Positions 38,711 through 48,879 of a stretch of DNA of 64,000 nucleotides are shown one piece after another. The number at the start of each line of letters is the position of its first letter. The first letter of the stretch is position 1. Made by a program: the position numbers and the translations under genes. The notes under the pieces were generated by a model. It did not search any database. It was not told the DNA's origin and saw nothing but the letters and a program-made list of their open reading frames with translations. The stretch comes from an uncultured delta proteobacterium (GTDB taxonomy: Bacteria > Desulfobacterota > Binatia > HRBIN30 > BPIQ01), in the NCBI GenBank assembly GCA_963761335.1, contig CAVXGR010000012.1, forward strand, positions 384,001-448,000, in the 5' to 3' direction.

Positions 38711-40141
38711 TCAGCGGCCGCGGCGCCGCCGTTTGTCGGCGGACGGTCGCCGAGCGCGCTCCGTCCGGGGAGCCTCGTGACGGGCCCGGTAGGAGATCCG
38801 CAGCGGCGTACCGCTGAACTCGAACGACGACCGCAGGCAGTGCTGCAGATAGCGAGTGTATGCCACCGGCACCAGGCTGGGAGCACTGCAGAAGAGAGCG
38901 AAGGTGGGAGGCCGGACGCTCGTCTGCACGGCGTACTGGAAGGTCGGGCGTTTGCCGCGCACGGATGGCGGCATGGTGCCGCGGGTGGCGGCGTTGATCA
39001 CCTGGTTCAGCTTCGACGTCTGCACCTGCCGGCGGTGGTTTCGCGCCACCCGCGCCACCGTCGGCAGCACCTTGGCCAGCCCCTCCCCGGTCACCGCCGA
39101 GACGAACAGAATGGGCACGTCCTCGAGGGACCGATACTGGTGACGCACCTCCGACTCGAGGCGCGCCGCGGCGCGGCGCACGCCTTCGGCGAGGTCGCTC
39201 TTGTTGACGACCACCACCAGGCCGCGGCCGCGCTCCCAGGCGTAGCTGGCGATGCGGGCGTCCTGATCGGCCATGCCGTCGGCGGCGGAGACCACCAGGA
39301 CCGCCACCTCGCAGCGCTCCAGGGCCCGCAGCGCCCGGGCGACGCTGGCCTTCTCGAGCGATTCCTGAAGCCGCGGCCGCCGGCGCATTCCGGCGGTGTC
39401 GACCAGCACATAGGCCTGGCCGTCGTGGGTGAAGGGGGTATCGATGGCGTCGCGCGTGGTGCCGGGAAGCGGGGTGACGATCGAGCGCTCGAATCCCAGA
39501 AGGCGGTTCGCGAGAGATGACTTGCCGACGTTGGGGCGGCCGACGATGGCCACCGAGATGGCTTCGCCGGCGGCGCCGCCGGCAGGCTCCTCTGCGACCT
39601 CGGGCTCCGCCGTCGCCGGCAGACCCTCCAGCACCTCTTCCAGCAGATCGCCGACGCCGCGGCCGTGGGCCGCCGATATCGCCACGACCCGATCCACACC
39701 GAGGGCGAAGAAATCGGCGGCATCGTCGTCGAGGCCCGGCGTATCGAGCTTGTTGACCGCGACCCAGAAGGGCTTTCGCGACTGGCGCAGGCGCGCCAGG
39801 ACATCGGCGTCGGCGGGCGACACACCGGCGCGCCCGTCGACCAAGAGGATGACGGCGTCGGCCTCCTCGATCGCCTGCTGGCTCTGCAGGCGCACCTCAC
39901 TGTCGATCTCCTCGGCACCGCCGCTGGCTTCGAGTCCGCCGGTGTCCACCAGAGTGAAGCGACGGCCGTCGACCTCGACTGCGGCGATGTTCCGGTCGCG
40001 GGTCACACCGGGCTCCGCGTGCACGAGGGCGCGCCGCGAGTGGGTGAGTCGATTGAACAGCGTCGATTTGCCCGCGTTCGGGCGGCCGACGATGGCGATC
40101 ACCGGCGACCGATGCGATGCTTCGGACACCGGGCCAATCAC
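38711..40141 (-). CDS. der: Ribosome biogenesis GTPase Der (EngA)
   Basis: Two G domains (GRPNAGKST, GRPNVGKSS; DTGG and DTAG; NKLD and NKSD) and a C-terminal KH-like region; GTG start overlaps the upstream stop. Confidence 0.93.
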   Translation of the reverse strand: MIGPVSEASHRSPVIAIVGRPNAGKSTLFNRLTHSRRALVHAEPGVTRDRNIAAVEVDGRRFTLVDTGGLEASGGAEEIDSEVRLQSQQAIEEADAVILLVDGRAGVSPADADVLARLRQSRKPFWVAVNKLDTPGLDDDAADFFALGVDRVVAISAAHGRGVGDLLEEVLEGLPATAEPEVAEEPAGGAAGEAISVAIVGRPNVGKSSLANRLLGFERSIVTPLPGTTRDAIDTPFTHDGQAYVLVDTAGMRRRPRLQESLEKASVARALRALERCEVAVLVVSAADGMADQDARIASYAWERGRGLVVVVNKSDLAEGVRRAAARLESEVRHQYRSLEDVPILFVSAVTGEGLAKVLPTVARVARNHRRQVQTSKLNQVINAATRGTMPPSVRGKRPTFQYAVQTSVRPPTFALFCSAPSLVPVAYTRYLQHCLRSSFEFSGTPLRISYRARHEAPRTERARRPSADKRRRRGR

Positions 40142-41577
40142 GCCGGCGGCGGCTTGCGCGCTACCGCCAGCAGCGACAGACCGCGCTTGCGCGGAAAGCG
40201 CTCTTCCAGTCGGAGAAGAGGAACCATGCGATCGCTCAGCCAGCTCTGGAACCCGGGGAGCGAACGACGCTTGAGAAGGCGCGAGTTGAGGTACCACGCG
40301 GCGGCGGCGGCGGCGTTCATGAAGGTCACCTCCTCGACCCCGAAGCCGGCGTCGCGCAGGCGCTGCTCCAGCTCATCGCGCTCGTAGCGGCGCAGATTGC
40401 CGATGGCCTCGTCGATGCTGCCGTAGAGCGCCCTCATCGCCGGCACCATGACGATCAGTCGCCCTCCCGGCTCGAGGCTCTGATAGAGCCGCCGCAGAGC
40501 CCCGAGATCGTCCTCCAGACGCTCGAGGACGTTCAGGCAGAGGACCGTGTCGAACTCTCCCGGGGTAATGTGCGGATCGTCGCTCTCCAAATCGATGGCG
40601 CGCAGCTCCAGCTTGGAGTCCTCCCCGAAAGTGGTGCGCAGCATCCGCAGGTACCACTCGTCGGTATCGGAAATGACCACCTTCTCTCGGGTGAGCAGAT
40701 ACGGGGTGAGGTTCGAGGCTCCCGCTGAGAGCTCGAGAACCCGTTCGCCGATGTAGCCCTTCACCTTCGCCCATACCCAGGCGTTGTAGCGGTACATGCG
40801 GTCGAGCCGCTGCAGCGCCGCATAGCTCGGATGGTTGGCGGTGCGGCCGCGGTCGAAGGCACATCGGAGGATGGTCCACACCGCCTCGAAGCCGTCTTTC
40901 CACCCGATCTTCTTCCCCTGCCAGTAGCTGCGGCCGCTGTAGGAGATCGGCAGCTCGTAGATGCGCGCCCGCATGCGCCCGAGCTTCGCCGTCACCTCCG
41001 GCTCGAAGCCGAAGCGCTCCGACGAGAGCGGGATGTTCTTGATCACGTCGGCGCGAAAGGCCTTGGCTCCCGTCTCCATGTCGGTGAGGTTCAGGTCGGT
41101 GAACATGTTCGACAGCAGCGTCAGAAGCTTGTTGCCGATCATGTGCCAGAAGAAGAGAACCCGGTGCGTGGAGCCGAGGAAGCGGGAGCCGTAGACGGCG
41201 TCGGCGCGACCGTCGATGATGGGGGCGATGAGGACCGGGTACTCCGCAGGGTCGTATTCCAGGTCGGCGTCCTGGATACAGACGATGTCGCCGGCGACGG
41301 CCCCGAAGCCAGTGGCCAGCGCCGCTCCCTTGCCGCGGTTCTCCGGCTGCAAAATGACGCGCAAGGTATTCGGCTGCGGACCGGGAAGACCCTGGCGCTC
41401 GATCTCGGCGAGCAGCTTGCGCGTCGCATCGGTCGAGCCGTCGTCGACGACGATGATCTCCTTCCGCAGGGGCACCGCCGACACGCGCCGCAGGATCTCG
41501 CGAATGGTGGCCGCCTCGTTGTAGACCGGCATGACCACCGACAGCAGCGGCGCTTCGTTTTGACTGGTCTCGTTCAC
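40138..41577 (-). CDS. GT2 (DPM1-like) glycosyltransferase fused to a class I methyltransferase-like domain
   Basis: VVMPVYNE, VDDGSTD, QDADLEYDP, FGFEPE; C-terminal FDTVLCLNVLE...LEPGGRL. Confidence 0.88.
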   Translation of the reverse strand: MNETSQNEAPLLSVVMPVYNEAATIREILRRVSAVPLRKEIIVVDDGSTDATRKLLAEIERQGLPGPQPNTLRVILQPENRGKGAALATGFGAVAGDIVCIQDADLEYDPAEYPVLIAPIIDGRADAVYGSRFLGSTHRVLFFWHMIGNKLLTLLSNMFTDLNLTDMETGAKAFRADVIKNIPLSSERFGFEPEVTAKLGRMRARIYELPISYSGRSYWQGKKIGWKDGFEAVWTILRCAFDRGRTANHPSYAALQRLDRMYRYNAWVWAKVKGYIGERVLELSAGASNLTPYLLTREKVVISDTDEWYLRMLRTTFGEDSKLELRAIDLESDDPHITPGEFDTVLCLNVLERLEDDLGALRRLYQSLEPGGRLIVMVPAMRALYGSIDEAIGNLRRYERDELEQRLRDAGFGVEEVTFMNAAAAAAWYLNSRLLKRRSLPGFQSWLSDRMVPLLRLEERFPRKRGLSLLAVARKPPPA

Positions 41578-42485
41578 AAGCCGAACTCCTTGAGCATACC
41601 GACATTCGCCGTCCAGCCCTCCTGCACGCGCACGAAGAGCTCCAGGTAGACTCGACGCCCCAGCAACCGCTCGATCTCGCCTCTGGCCTTCTGCCCGATG
41701 CGCTTCAGGCGCGCTCCGCCCTTGCCGATGACGATCGGCTTCTGCAGCGGGCGATTCACGTGAATCGCCGCCTTGATCACCACCAGGTCCCGCCCTTCCC
41801 TCTCCTCGAACGACTCGATGGTCACCGCCACCGAGTACGGCACCTCGTCGCGGGTCTCCAGGAGAATCTGCTCGCGAATGAGCTCGGCGGCCAGCAGCCG
41901 CTCGCTCTCGTCGGTGAGCATGTCCGCGGAGTAGTGCGGCGGCCCCTCCGGCAGACGCGCGATCACCGCATCCAGCAGGCGGTCCACCCCCTCGCCGGTG
42001 CGGGCGCTGATCGGCACGATGTCGCTTTCGGGAAGCCGCCTGGAGATCTCGGCGATCAGCGGCAGCAGGTGCGGCTTATCGATGAGATCGATCTTGTTGA
42101 GGGCCACACAGAGCGGCTTCCTCTGCTCCATCAACGGCTGCATCACCCGCTCATCACCACCGCGGTGCCGGCGGGCCTCGGCGGTGTCGATCATCCAGAT
42201 CAGCACGTCGGCATCTTCCAGCGCCGCCTTCGCCGCATCCACCATGCGGCGGTTGAGCAGGTCGCGGGCCTCATGGATCCCGGGAGTGTCCAGCAGGACC
42301 AGCTGCGCCTCCGCGGTCGTGCGCACACCAAGAATGCGGCGCCGCGTGGTCTGCGGCTTGGGGCTGACGATCGAGATCTTCTGACCCAGCAGGAGGTTCA
42401 GCAGTGTGGACTTGCCACAGTTCGGCCGGCCGGCGAGGGCGACGAGCCCGGCGCGATGACAGGCCACGGGAACGGCATTTGGCAT
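41574..42485 (-). CDS. era: GTPase Era
   Basis: GRPNCGKSTL, SPKPQTTR, DTPG, NKID, EVPYSVAV, IGKGG, VYLELFVRV. Confidence 0.95.
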   Translation of the reverse strand: MPNAVPVACHRAGLVALAGRPNCGKSTLLNLLLGQKISIVSPKPQTTRRRILGVRTTAEAQLVLLDTPGIHEARDLLNRRMVDAAKAALEDADVLIWMIDTAEARRHRGGDERVMQPLMEQRKPLCVALNKIDLIDKPHLLPLIAEISRRLPESDIVPISARTGEGVDRLLDAVIARLPEGPPHYSADMLTDESERLLAAELIREQILLETRDEVPYSVAVTIESFEEREGRDLVVIKAAIHVNRPLQKPIVIGKGGARLKRIGQKARGEIERLLGRRVYLELFVRVQEGWTANVGMLKEFGL

Positions 42486-42587
42486 CCCGTTAGTGATAAT
42501 ACGCCCGGCGAGGCTGGGCAAACCGCAGTGCGAACCAGCCGCCCAGATTGCCTGCCGCCCGCCGCTCCTGATATACCCCCGCACGAC

Positions 42588-43235
42588 ATGCAAACCGAGC
42601 TGGAGGCGATATTTCGTGCCAGCATCGCCGCCAAGGAGCAGTTTTTGCAGCAGAATGGCACGGCGCTGGAGCGGGTCATCCGCCGCCTCGCCAAGGCCCT
42701 TGACGCGGGCAACAAGCTGCTCCTCTTCGGTAACGGTGGCAGCGCCGCCGACGCCCAGCACATCGCCGCCGAGCTGGTCGGACGCTTTCGCATCGACCGC
42801 CGCCCATTGCCCGCCATTGCGCTCACCACCGACACCTCGGCGCTCACCAGCATCGCCAACGACTTCGGCTACGCCGAGGTGTTCGCCAAGCAGGTGCAGG
42901 CTCTCGCCCGCAGGGGTGACGTCGCCATCGCCCTGTCGACCAGCGGCAACTCCGAGAGCATCCTGCGGGCCGTGCAGGCATGCCGCACCGCCCGGGTCCA
43001 CACCGTCGGCCTGACCGGAGGCACGGGGGGCAAGCTCGGCAAGCTGGTCGACGATCATCTCAACGTCGGCGGCACGACGGAGACGGCGCGCATTCAGGAG
43101 ACCCACATCCTCGTCGGTCACGCGATATGCGACATGGTCGACCGGATCCTCTTCGGCAGCGCTCCTCGGCGCCCGCCGAAGCCCGGGCGGCGACCGGGCT
43201 CCGGCGGGCGCCGGCGCCGGGCGATCAGCGGATGA
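42588..43235 (+). CDS. gmhA: D-sedoheptulose 7-phosphate isomerase
   Basis: FGNGGSAADAQHIAAE, ANDFGY, STSGNS, TARIQETH. Confidence 0.94.
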   Translation: MQTELEAIFRASIAAKEQFLQQNGTALERVIRRLAKALDAGNKLLLFGNGGSAADAQHIAAELVGRFRIDRRPLPAIALTTDTSALTSIANDFGYAEVFAKQVQALARRGDVAIALSTSGNSESILRAVQACRTARVHTVGLTGGTGGKLGKLVDDHLNVGGTTETARIQETHILVGHAICDMVDRILFGSAPRRPPKPGRRPGSGGRRRRAISG

Positions 43236-44182
43236 GCCGCTTCCCCCGCATCGACCTGAGCGCCGTCCGCACCTATCCGCTGGCCAGTCGTCCCAGCAAG
43301 GTGGCCGCAGCGGGTCTGGGATCTCCGCACCTCCGCGGCGCGGGGTTTGCCGCCTTTCTCGACTCGCTCCCGGCCATTCTCGCCGCCGGCGACCTGCGTC
43401 AGATCGCTACGGCCGTGGCCGAGCGCCACCGCGCCGGCAAGACAGTGGTTCTCGGCATGGGGGCCCATCCGATCAAGGTCGGCCTCTCGCCGCTGATCAT
43501 CGACCTGCTCGAGCGCGGCATCCTGCAGGCAGTCGCCGTGAACGGCGCCGCCATCATTCACGATTTCGAGCTCGCCTTTCACGGCGCGACCTCGGAAGAC
43601 GTCGCCAGCCACCTGCGCGACGGCCGCTTCGGGATGGCTGCGGAGACCGGCGAGTTCCTCAATCACGCCATCGACCGCGGCGCCGCCGACGGCCTCGGCC
43701 TGGGCGAAGCGGTTGGCCGCGAGATCAACCGCGCCGGCCTGCCGAACCGGCAGCTGAGCGTTCTCGCCGCCGCCGATCGCCTACAGCGGCCGGTGACGGT
43801 TCACGTCGCCATCGGCACCGACATCATCCACATGCATCCCTCGGCCGACGGCGCCGCCATCGGCGCCACCAGTCTGGCCGACTTCCGCATCCTGGCGGCG
43901 GTCGCCGCCCGCATGCACGGCGGCGTCTTCATCAATCTCGGATCGGCGGTAATCATCCCCGAGACCTTCCTCAAGGCCCTCAACCTGGCCCGCAACGTCG
44001 GCAACACCGTCGACGACCTGATCACCGTGGACATGGACTTCATCCGCCAGTACCGCCCACGCGTGAACGTCGTCCAGCGGCCCACCATGGGGAGCGGTCG
44101 CGGCTACGAGCTCACCGGCCACCACGAGATCATGTTCCCGCTTCTCTGCGCGGCAATCAGCGAAGCTCTGGCAACCGACTGA
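43232..44182 (+). CDS. Conserved hypothetical protein, possibly deoxyhypusine-synthase-like fold
   Basis: GMGAHPIKVGLSP, IIHDFE, TSEDV, FGMAAETG, IGTDIIHMHP, GSAVIIPETFLKA; ATGA coupling to gmhA. Confidence 0.65.
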   Translation: MSRFPRIDLSAVRTYPLASRPSKVAAAGLGSPHLRGAGFAAFLDSLPAILAAGDLRQIATAVAERHRAGKTVVLGMGAHPIKVGLSPLIIDLLERGILQAVAVNGAAIIHDFELAFHGATSEDVASHLRDGRFGMAAETGEFLNHAIDRGAADGLGLGEAVGREINRAGLPNRQLSVLAAADRLQRPVTVHVAIGTDIIHMHPSADGAAIGATSLADFRILAAVAARMHGGVFINLGSAVIIPETFLKALNLARNVGNTVDDLITVDMDFIRQYRPRVNVVQRPTMGSGRGYELTGHHEIMFPLLCAAISEALATD

Positions 44183-44191
44183 TCGAGAGCC

Positions 44192-45184
44192 TCACTGCCG
44201 GCTGATCGAGCCGCTCGCCGCCGACGACACCGCCGCCATGTCGGCATCGACCATCACCGCCACCAGCTCCCGGAAGGAGACACGAGGCTCCCAGCCGAGA
44301 GTCTGCCGTGCCTTGCGGGGGTCGCCGATCAGATGATCCACCTCCGCCGGACGCACGAGCGATGGGTCCTGGCGGACATACTCCTGCCACGGCAGGCCAA
44401 CACGCGCGAAGGCGAGCTCGACGAACTCGCGCACCGAGTGCGACTCGCCGCTGGCCACCACGTAGTCGTCCGGCTGCGGCTGTTGCAGCATCAGCCACAT
44501 GGCGCGCACGTAGTCGCCGGCGAATCCCCAGTCGCGGTGCGCTTCCAGGTTGCCGAGGCGCAGCTCCTTCGCCAGCCCCAGCTTGATGCAGGCCACCGCG
44601 TGCGAAATCTTGCGGGTGACGAACTCCTTGCCGCGGCGCGGCGACTCGTGATTGAAGAGAATTCCCGAGCAGGCGAAAATGCCGTAGCTCTCGCGATAGT
44701 TGACGGTGATGAAGTGCCCGTACACCTTGGCCACGCCGTACGGGCTGCGCGGGTGGAAGGGGGTCGCTTCCGTCTGCGGCACCTCACGGACCTTGCCGAA
44801 CATCTCGCTCGACGACGCCTGATAGAACCGGATCGACCGGTCGACGAGGCGGATGGCCTCGAGCATGCGGCTGACGCCGATGGCGTCGAACTCGGCGGTG
44901 AGAACCGGCTGCTCCCACGAGGTGGGCACGAAGGACTGCGCCGCCAGGTTGTAGATCTCCTGCGGCCGCACCTTCTGCACGGCGCTGATCAGCGACAGCT
45001 GGTCGAGGAGATCCGCCTGGATGAGCTCGATGTCGCCGCGCAGGTGCTCGATGCGGGCGAAGTTCTCGGTGCTGGAGCGCCGCACGACGCCGTAGACGTC
45101 GTACCCTTCGCCGAGCAACAGCTCCGCCAGGTAGGAGCCGTCCTGCCCGGTGACCCCGGTGATCAGGACACGGCGCTTCTGCAT
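44192..45184 (-). CDS. gmd: GDP-mannose 4,6-dehydratase
   Basis: [48 protein letters not shown]. Confidence 0.96.
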   Translation of the reverse strand: MQKRRVLITGVTGQDGSYLAELLLGEGYDVYGVVRRSSTENFARIEHLRGDIELIQADLLDQLSLISAVQKVRPQEIYNLAAQSFVPTSWEQPVLTAEFDAIGVSRMLEAIRLVDRSIRFYQASSSEMFGKVREVPQTEATPFHPRSPYGVAKVYGHFITVNYRESYGIFACSGILFNHESPRRGKEFVTRKISHAVACIKLGLAKELRLGNLEAHRDWGFAGDYVRAMWLMLQQPQPDDYVVASGESHSVREFVELAFARVGLPWQEYVRQDPSLVRPAEVDHLIGDPRKARQTLGWEPRVSFRELVAVMVDADMAAVSSAASGSISRQ

Positions 45185-45328
45185 GCGCCTCTATACCATC
45201 CGTACGGAGCCGGGCTCAACGCCGGGGACCGCGCCTAGGGACCGCGCCGGAATGCACAATCCGTGCTCCGGGCGCGTGCCGGCCCGGGCTTTTCATGCAC
45301 CCCTGAGCCGCGGTACTCGTGAAGGATC

Positions 45329-46210
45329 ATGGCCGACGTCGAATACCGTGTCGGAACCGCCTCCTGGGCGGATCGGAGCCTCCTGGCCACCGACTTCTAT
45401 CCCCGCGAATGCTCGACCGCCGAGGCGCGCCTGCGCTTTTATGCCGCTCATTTCGACACCGTCGAGGTGGACTCGACGTACTACGCCCTGCCGAGTGAAC
45501 GGAATGCCACCCTCTGGGCGGAGCGCACGCCATCGGGCTTCACCTTCCACGTCAAGGCGTTCGCCTGGCTGACCCTCCACGACGCCGAGAGCCGGGCATT
45601 GCCTCTGTCGATCCGCGACGCCATCGGCCGGATGCCGTCTCGCCCGCGCATTCCGGCGCCCTCCGAAGAGCTGCGCGAGCTGGCATTCGATATGTTCCTC
45701 ACCGCCCTCCAGCCGCTGCGCGAGGCGGGAAAGCTCGGCTGCCTGCTGTTTCAGTATCCGCGCTGGTTCACGGCCACCGACGAGCACCGCGCCGAGATCG
45801 CTCGCTGCCGGCAGCGCTGTGCTGGCAACCGTGTCGCCGTCGAGCTGCGGCACCGGAGCTGGTTCGGGCCGCTGACCGAGGACACCCTCGATCTCCTCCG
45901 CCGCCACGACCTGGTCTTCGTCTCGGTCGATGCACCCGCGGGCCCGGGAATTCCGCCCTCCATCTACGCCGCCAGCGGCGATCTCGCCTACGTCCGCTTC
46001 CACGGGCGCAACCGCAAGGCGTGGTTCCAGCGGGGCAGCACTGCGGCGACTCGCTACCAGTATCTCTACTCAACTGCGGAGCTACGCGACGCGGCGGCTT
46101 CGCTCCGCCGCATGCCGGGAGCACGATCGGTGACTGCCATCTTCAACAACTGCTATGGCGACTACGGGGTGCGCAACGCCGCGAGCATGAAGCAGCTGCT
46201 CGGGGGCTGA
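45329..46210 (+). CDS. DUF72 family protein
   Basis: VGTASW, FDTVEVDSTYY, FHVKAF, LLFQYP, ELRHRSW, YVRFHGRN, FNNC. Confidence 0.88.
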   Translation: MADVEYRVGTASWADRSLLATDFYPRECSTAEARLRFYAAHFDTVEVDSTYYALPSERNATLWAERTPSGFTFHVKAFAWLTLHDAESRALPLSIRDAIGRMPSRPRIPAPSEELRELAFDMFLTALQPLREAGKLGCLLFQYPRWFTATDEHRAEIARCRQRCAGNRVAVELRHRSWFGPLTEDTLDLLRRHDLVFVSVDAPAGPGIPPSIYAASGDLAYVRFHGRNRKAWFQRGSTAATRYQYLYSTAELRDAAASLRRMPGARSVTAIFNNCYGDYGVRNAASMKQLLGG

Positions 46211-46214
46211 AAGA

Positions 46215-46244
46215 AGAAAGGGGCGCCCCGAGGCGCCCCTTTCT
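46215..46244. terminator. Probable bidirectional terminator between convergent genes
   Basis: AGAAAGGGGCGCC-CCGA-GGCGCCCCTTTCT. Confidence 0.75.
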
Positions 46245-46272
46245 CTCCTGTTCTGTTCCAGCTGCGAAGCGC

Positions 46273-47397
46273 TTATTGCACCACGGTGATGACGTCGGGC
46301 TCGGCTCGCTCCCCCTGAATGTCGAGATTGAAGGCAGCAGTTGTCGCCGACGAGCCCCCCCGGTGAATTTCGAGCGCCACCCCGAGCAGGCCACCGTTGA
46401 CACCGCGGATGCGCGTCTGTCCGGTCAGTGTGCCGGACACGCCGGTGCTGAAGATGGAGCGGGTCGAATTGGTGGTGTCGATCGATGAAAGCTCGGATTC
46501 AGACCAGCAGTCCACCGGCGCGCTGGTGGAAAGGCGCTGCTCGAACTCGTTGTAGACGAGGTACTGGGCCGTGATCCGCTCGGGCGCCTGGGTGAGAAAG
46601 TTCTCCGTGCATGGGGCCAGAATCAACGCGGTTGTGATCGTGCGACCCGAAACGGGGTTGATCGCTCCATCAAAGAAGTGGTCGAGAATGAGGACGTTGG
46701 GACAGCCGTCATACTCCGCATTGTCGCCTCCCAGCACGAGGTGTTTGTCGCCGTCATTCGTTCCGGGGATGGCGCGAAAGCCGATGGCATTGTACTCGGA
46801 GACATCGAGCCCGGTCAGCTCCTCGTTCACGAAAGTCGCCTCTCCCTTGAGGACGTTGCTCTCGGCCGGCGTTCCGTCGTCATTGATGGTGTAGCATTTT
46901 AGCTCGCCATTGGCGAAATCCTCCGAGCCCCGGACCACGTTTCCGAAAGGCGGAACGCGCGTCCCGGCGTTGCTGCTCACCCCGTCGCTGCCGCGGCGAA
47001 ATACTCCGTCGATCGGCAGATCACTGCCACTGAGCCCCTGGGAGGCCAGCCAGCCGAGCGGCTGGCGAGGCGTGAGGAGGATGCGGAAGTCGGTCTCCGA
47101 CCATTTGGGGATACAGACGTTCCCCGGAGGGCCGCTGAGGCACTGCGAGCTTTCCAAACAGGAGCGTCCGGTGATCGAGCAGTGGGCCGTGGCATCCACG
47201 TAATAGCACTTCGCCACAACCGGCTGATCCGAGGTATTGCTGATCTGGATGATCGTATCCACAACACCGTCGATCACTGATATCGCCGGGACGACGATCA
47301 ACGCTGCGGCCTGGTCTGACGCTATCGTCTCGGCATGTGCCGCTCCGGCGACCAGCAGAGCACAGAGCAGCGGACCTCCCCACCGACGCATTCTCAT
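46273..47397 (-). CDS. Secreted Cys-containing hypothetical protein (paralog B)
   Basis: RBS GAGGAGGAGG; signal peptide ending AHA; DTIIQISN, CYYV, LTPRQP, GELKC, LKGEAT, YDGCP, YNEFE. Confidence 0.82.
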   Translation of the reverse strand: MRMRRWGGPLLCALLVAGAAHAETIASDQAAALIVVPAISVIDGVVDTIIQISNTSDQPVVAKCYYVDATAHCSITGRSCLESSQCLSGPPGNVCIPKWSETDFRILLTPRQPLGWLASQGLSGSDLPIDGVFRRGSDGVSSNAGTRVPPFGNVVRGSEDFANGELKCYTINDDGTPAESNVLKGEATFVNEELTGLDVSEYNAIGFRAIPGTNDGDKHLVLGGDNAEYDGCPNVLILDHFFDGAINPVSGRTITTALILAPCTENFLTQAPERITAQYLVYNEFEQRLSTSAPVDCWSESELSSIDTTNSTRSIFSTGVSGTLTGQTRIRGVNGGLLGVALEIHRGGSSATTAAFNLDIQGERAEPDVITVVQ

Positions 47398-47426
47398 AAA
47401 CCCCTCCTCCTCGCTGGCCCGATGCT

Positions 47427-48611
47427 TCACGGTGCGATCTGCTCCCCCGGGATGGTGATGACGTCGGGAGTGGTGCGCTCCCCTTCGATGTGCAGGTTCA
47501 CCGCCGCCGACGCCGTCTGTCCAGCCTCATCGGTGTGGAACTCCTCGGCCACCATCATCACGCCGTACGGCGTGTTCGGCACCGAGCGGAAGCGCGTCTG
47601 CAGGAACATCGTCCCCAGCGGAAAGCTCGACGGCGACTGCCCCGCCAGCTGCCCCAGGAAGGTCAGCGGCGTCGATCCCAGGCTCCCCAGGTCCACGTTC
47701 GCCCAGCACTTCACCGCAAAGGAGAACGAGAACACGTTCTCGAACTCGTTGTAGGTCAGCATCTGCAGCCGCACCTCGGTCGGAACCTGGGTCTCGTAGT
47801 TCTGCGTGCACGGCACCACCGTCAGCTCCGTCTCCACGTGCGACGGTCCGCCGCCCAGATTCTCGATCGCCGGATCCGGCGCTCCCGACGCCAGGTGGTT
47901 CAAGATCCACGTCTGCGGGCAGCCGTTGTACTCCGGTGCGCACGGGGCCGCGTCGCCGCAGTCGTCGTCCGAGCTGCACACCGCTCCCTGCGCCCCACCG
48001 TCGCCCACGCACTGGCCGCCGCCGAGCACCAGCAGACCGTCGCCGTTGTTCTCGCTGCCCAGCACGGCGATGGCGTTGTACTTCGACACGTCCCCGTTGT
48101 CCCGGGTCACCAGCGTCGCCTCACCCTTCAGGTGATTGCCCGCCAGCGGCGCGCCGCTGTCGTCCACCTCGACGCACTTCAGCTCCCCCATGAAGTCCGG
48201 CACCACCGGCGGGATCAGCCCTGGGTCGAAGCCGGCGTCGTTGCAGTTCGTCACCCCCGACGAGTCGCACACCGCGTCGAACGGGTTCACCCGCCGCCCG
48301 GTACTCACCACCCAGTGGGTCGGCTGCTGCCGGGTGAGCGTGATGTTGAAGTCCACCTCGATCCACAGCGGATCGAAGGGGGGCACGTCGGATGGCGCGG
48401 CGTTCACGTAGAAACAGTGGGCCCGCACCAGCGAGTTCGACGTGTTCGTGATCTGGATGATGGTGTCGCGCGAGGCGTTGGCGATGATCTTCGGAAAGAC
48501 CAGAATCGAACCGCTCCGCTCCGTGCTCACGTCGGCCGTCGCCACCCCGGCTAGCGCCAGGCTCGCCACGACAATCACCAGTAGCCCAACTCGCCCATGC
48601 TGCCTCTGCAT
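47427..48611 (-). CDS. Secreted Cys-containing hypothetical protein (paralog A)
   Basis: Signal peptide ending ATA; GSILVFPKI, DTIIQITN, CFYV, LTRQQP, GELKC, LKGEAT, YNGCP, YNEFE. Confidence 0.82.
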   Translation of the reverse strand: MQRQHGRVGLLVIVVASLALAGVATADVSTERSGSILVFPKIIANASRDTIIQITNTSNSLVRAHCFYVNAAPSDVPPFDPLWIEVDFNITLTRQQPTHWVVSTGRRVNPFDAVCDSSGVTNCNDAGFDPGLIPPVVPDFMGELKCVEVDDSGAPLAGNHLKGEATLVTRDNGDVSKYNAIAVLGSENNGDGLLVLGGGQCVGDGGAQGAVCSSDDDCGDAAPCAPEYNGCPQTWILNHLASGAPDPAIENLGGGPSHVETELTVVPCTQNYETQVPTEVRLQMLTYNEFENVFSFSFAVKCWANVDLGSLGSTPLTFLGQLAGQSPSSFPLGTMFLQTRFRSVPNTPYGVMMVAEEFHTDEAGQTASAAVNLHIEGERTTPDVITIPGEQIAP

Positions 48612-48720
48612 TGGCCTCTCCTTTTCCCGTCGACCGATTCCGACAAAATGCACGATCCATCCACCTGGCGGGGACATCGCGCACGATGCCGCCGGCCCAC
48701 GCCTCAACGAAGCGGCCCGG

Positions 48721-48748
48721 AGTCTACCGACATGGCGCGTTTTGTCAA
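48721..48748 (-). promoter_or_regulatory. Putative sigma70 promoter TTGACA-N16-TAGACT for the paralog pair
   Basis: Perfect -35 with an upstream T-tract and a TANNNT -10. Confidence 0.5.
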
Positions 48749-48879
48749 GAAAAACCTCTTCTTTTTACCGGTCGGCGGCGAACGGGCGCGGCCACAGCTC
48801 CGTCGATAGCGGCGATTCCTTGACACGGAATGGGAGGAGATTGCCTCAGACAGCCGTTTGTGCGAGACCGGGCCGATCG

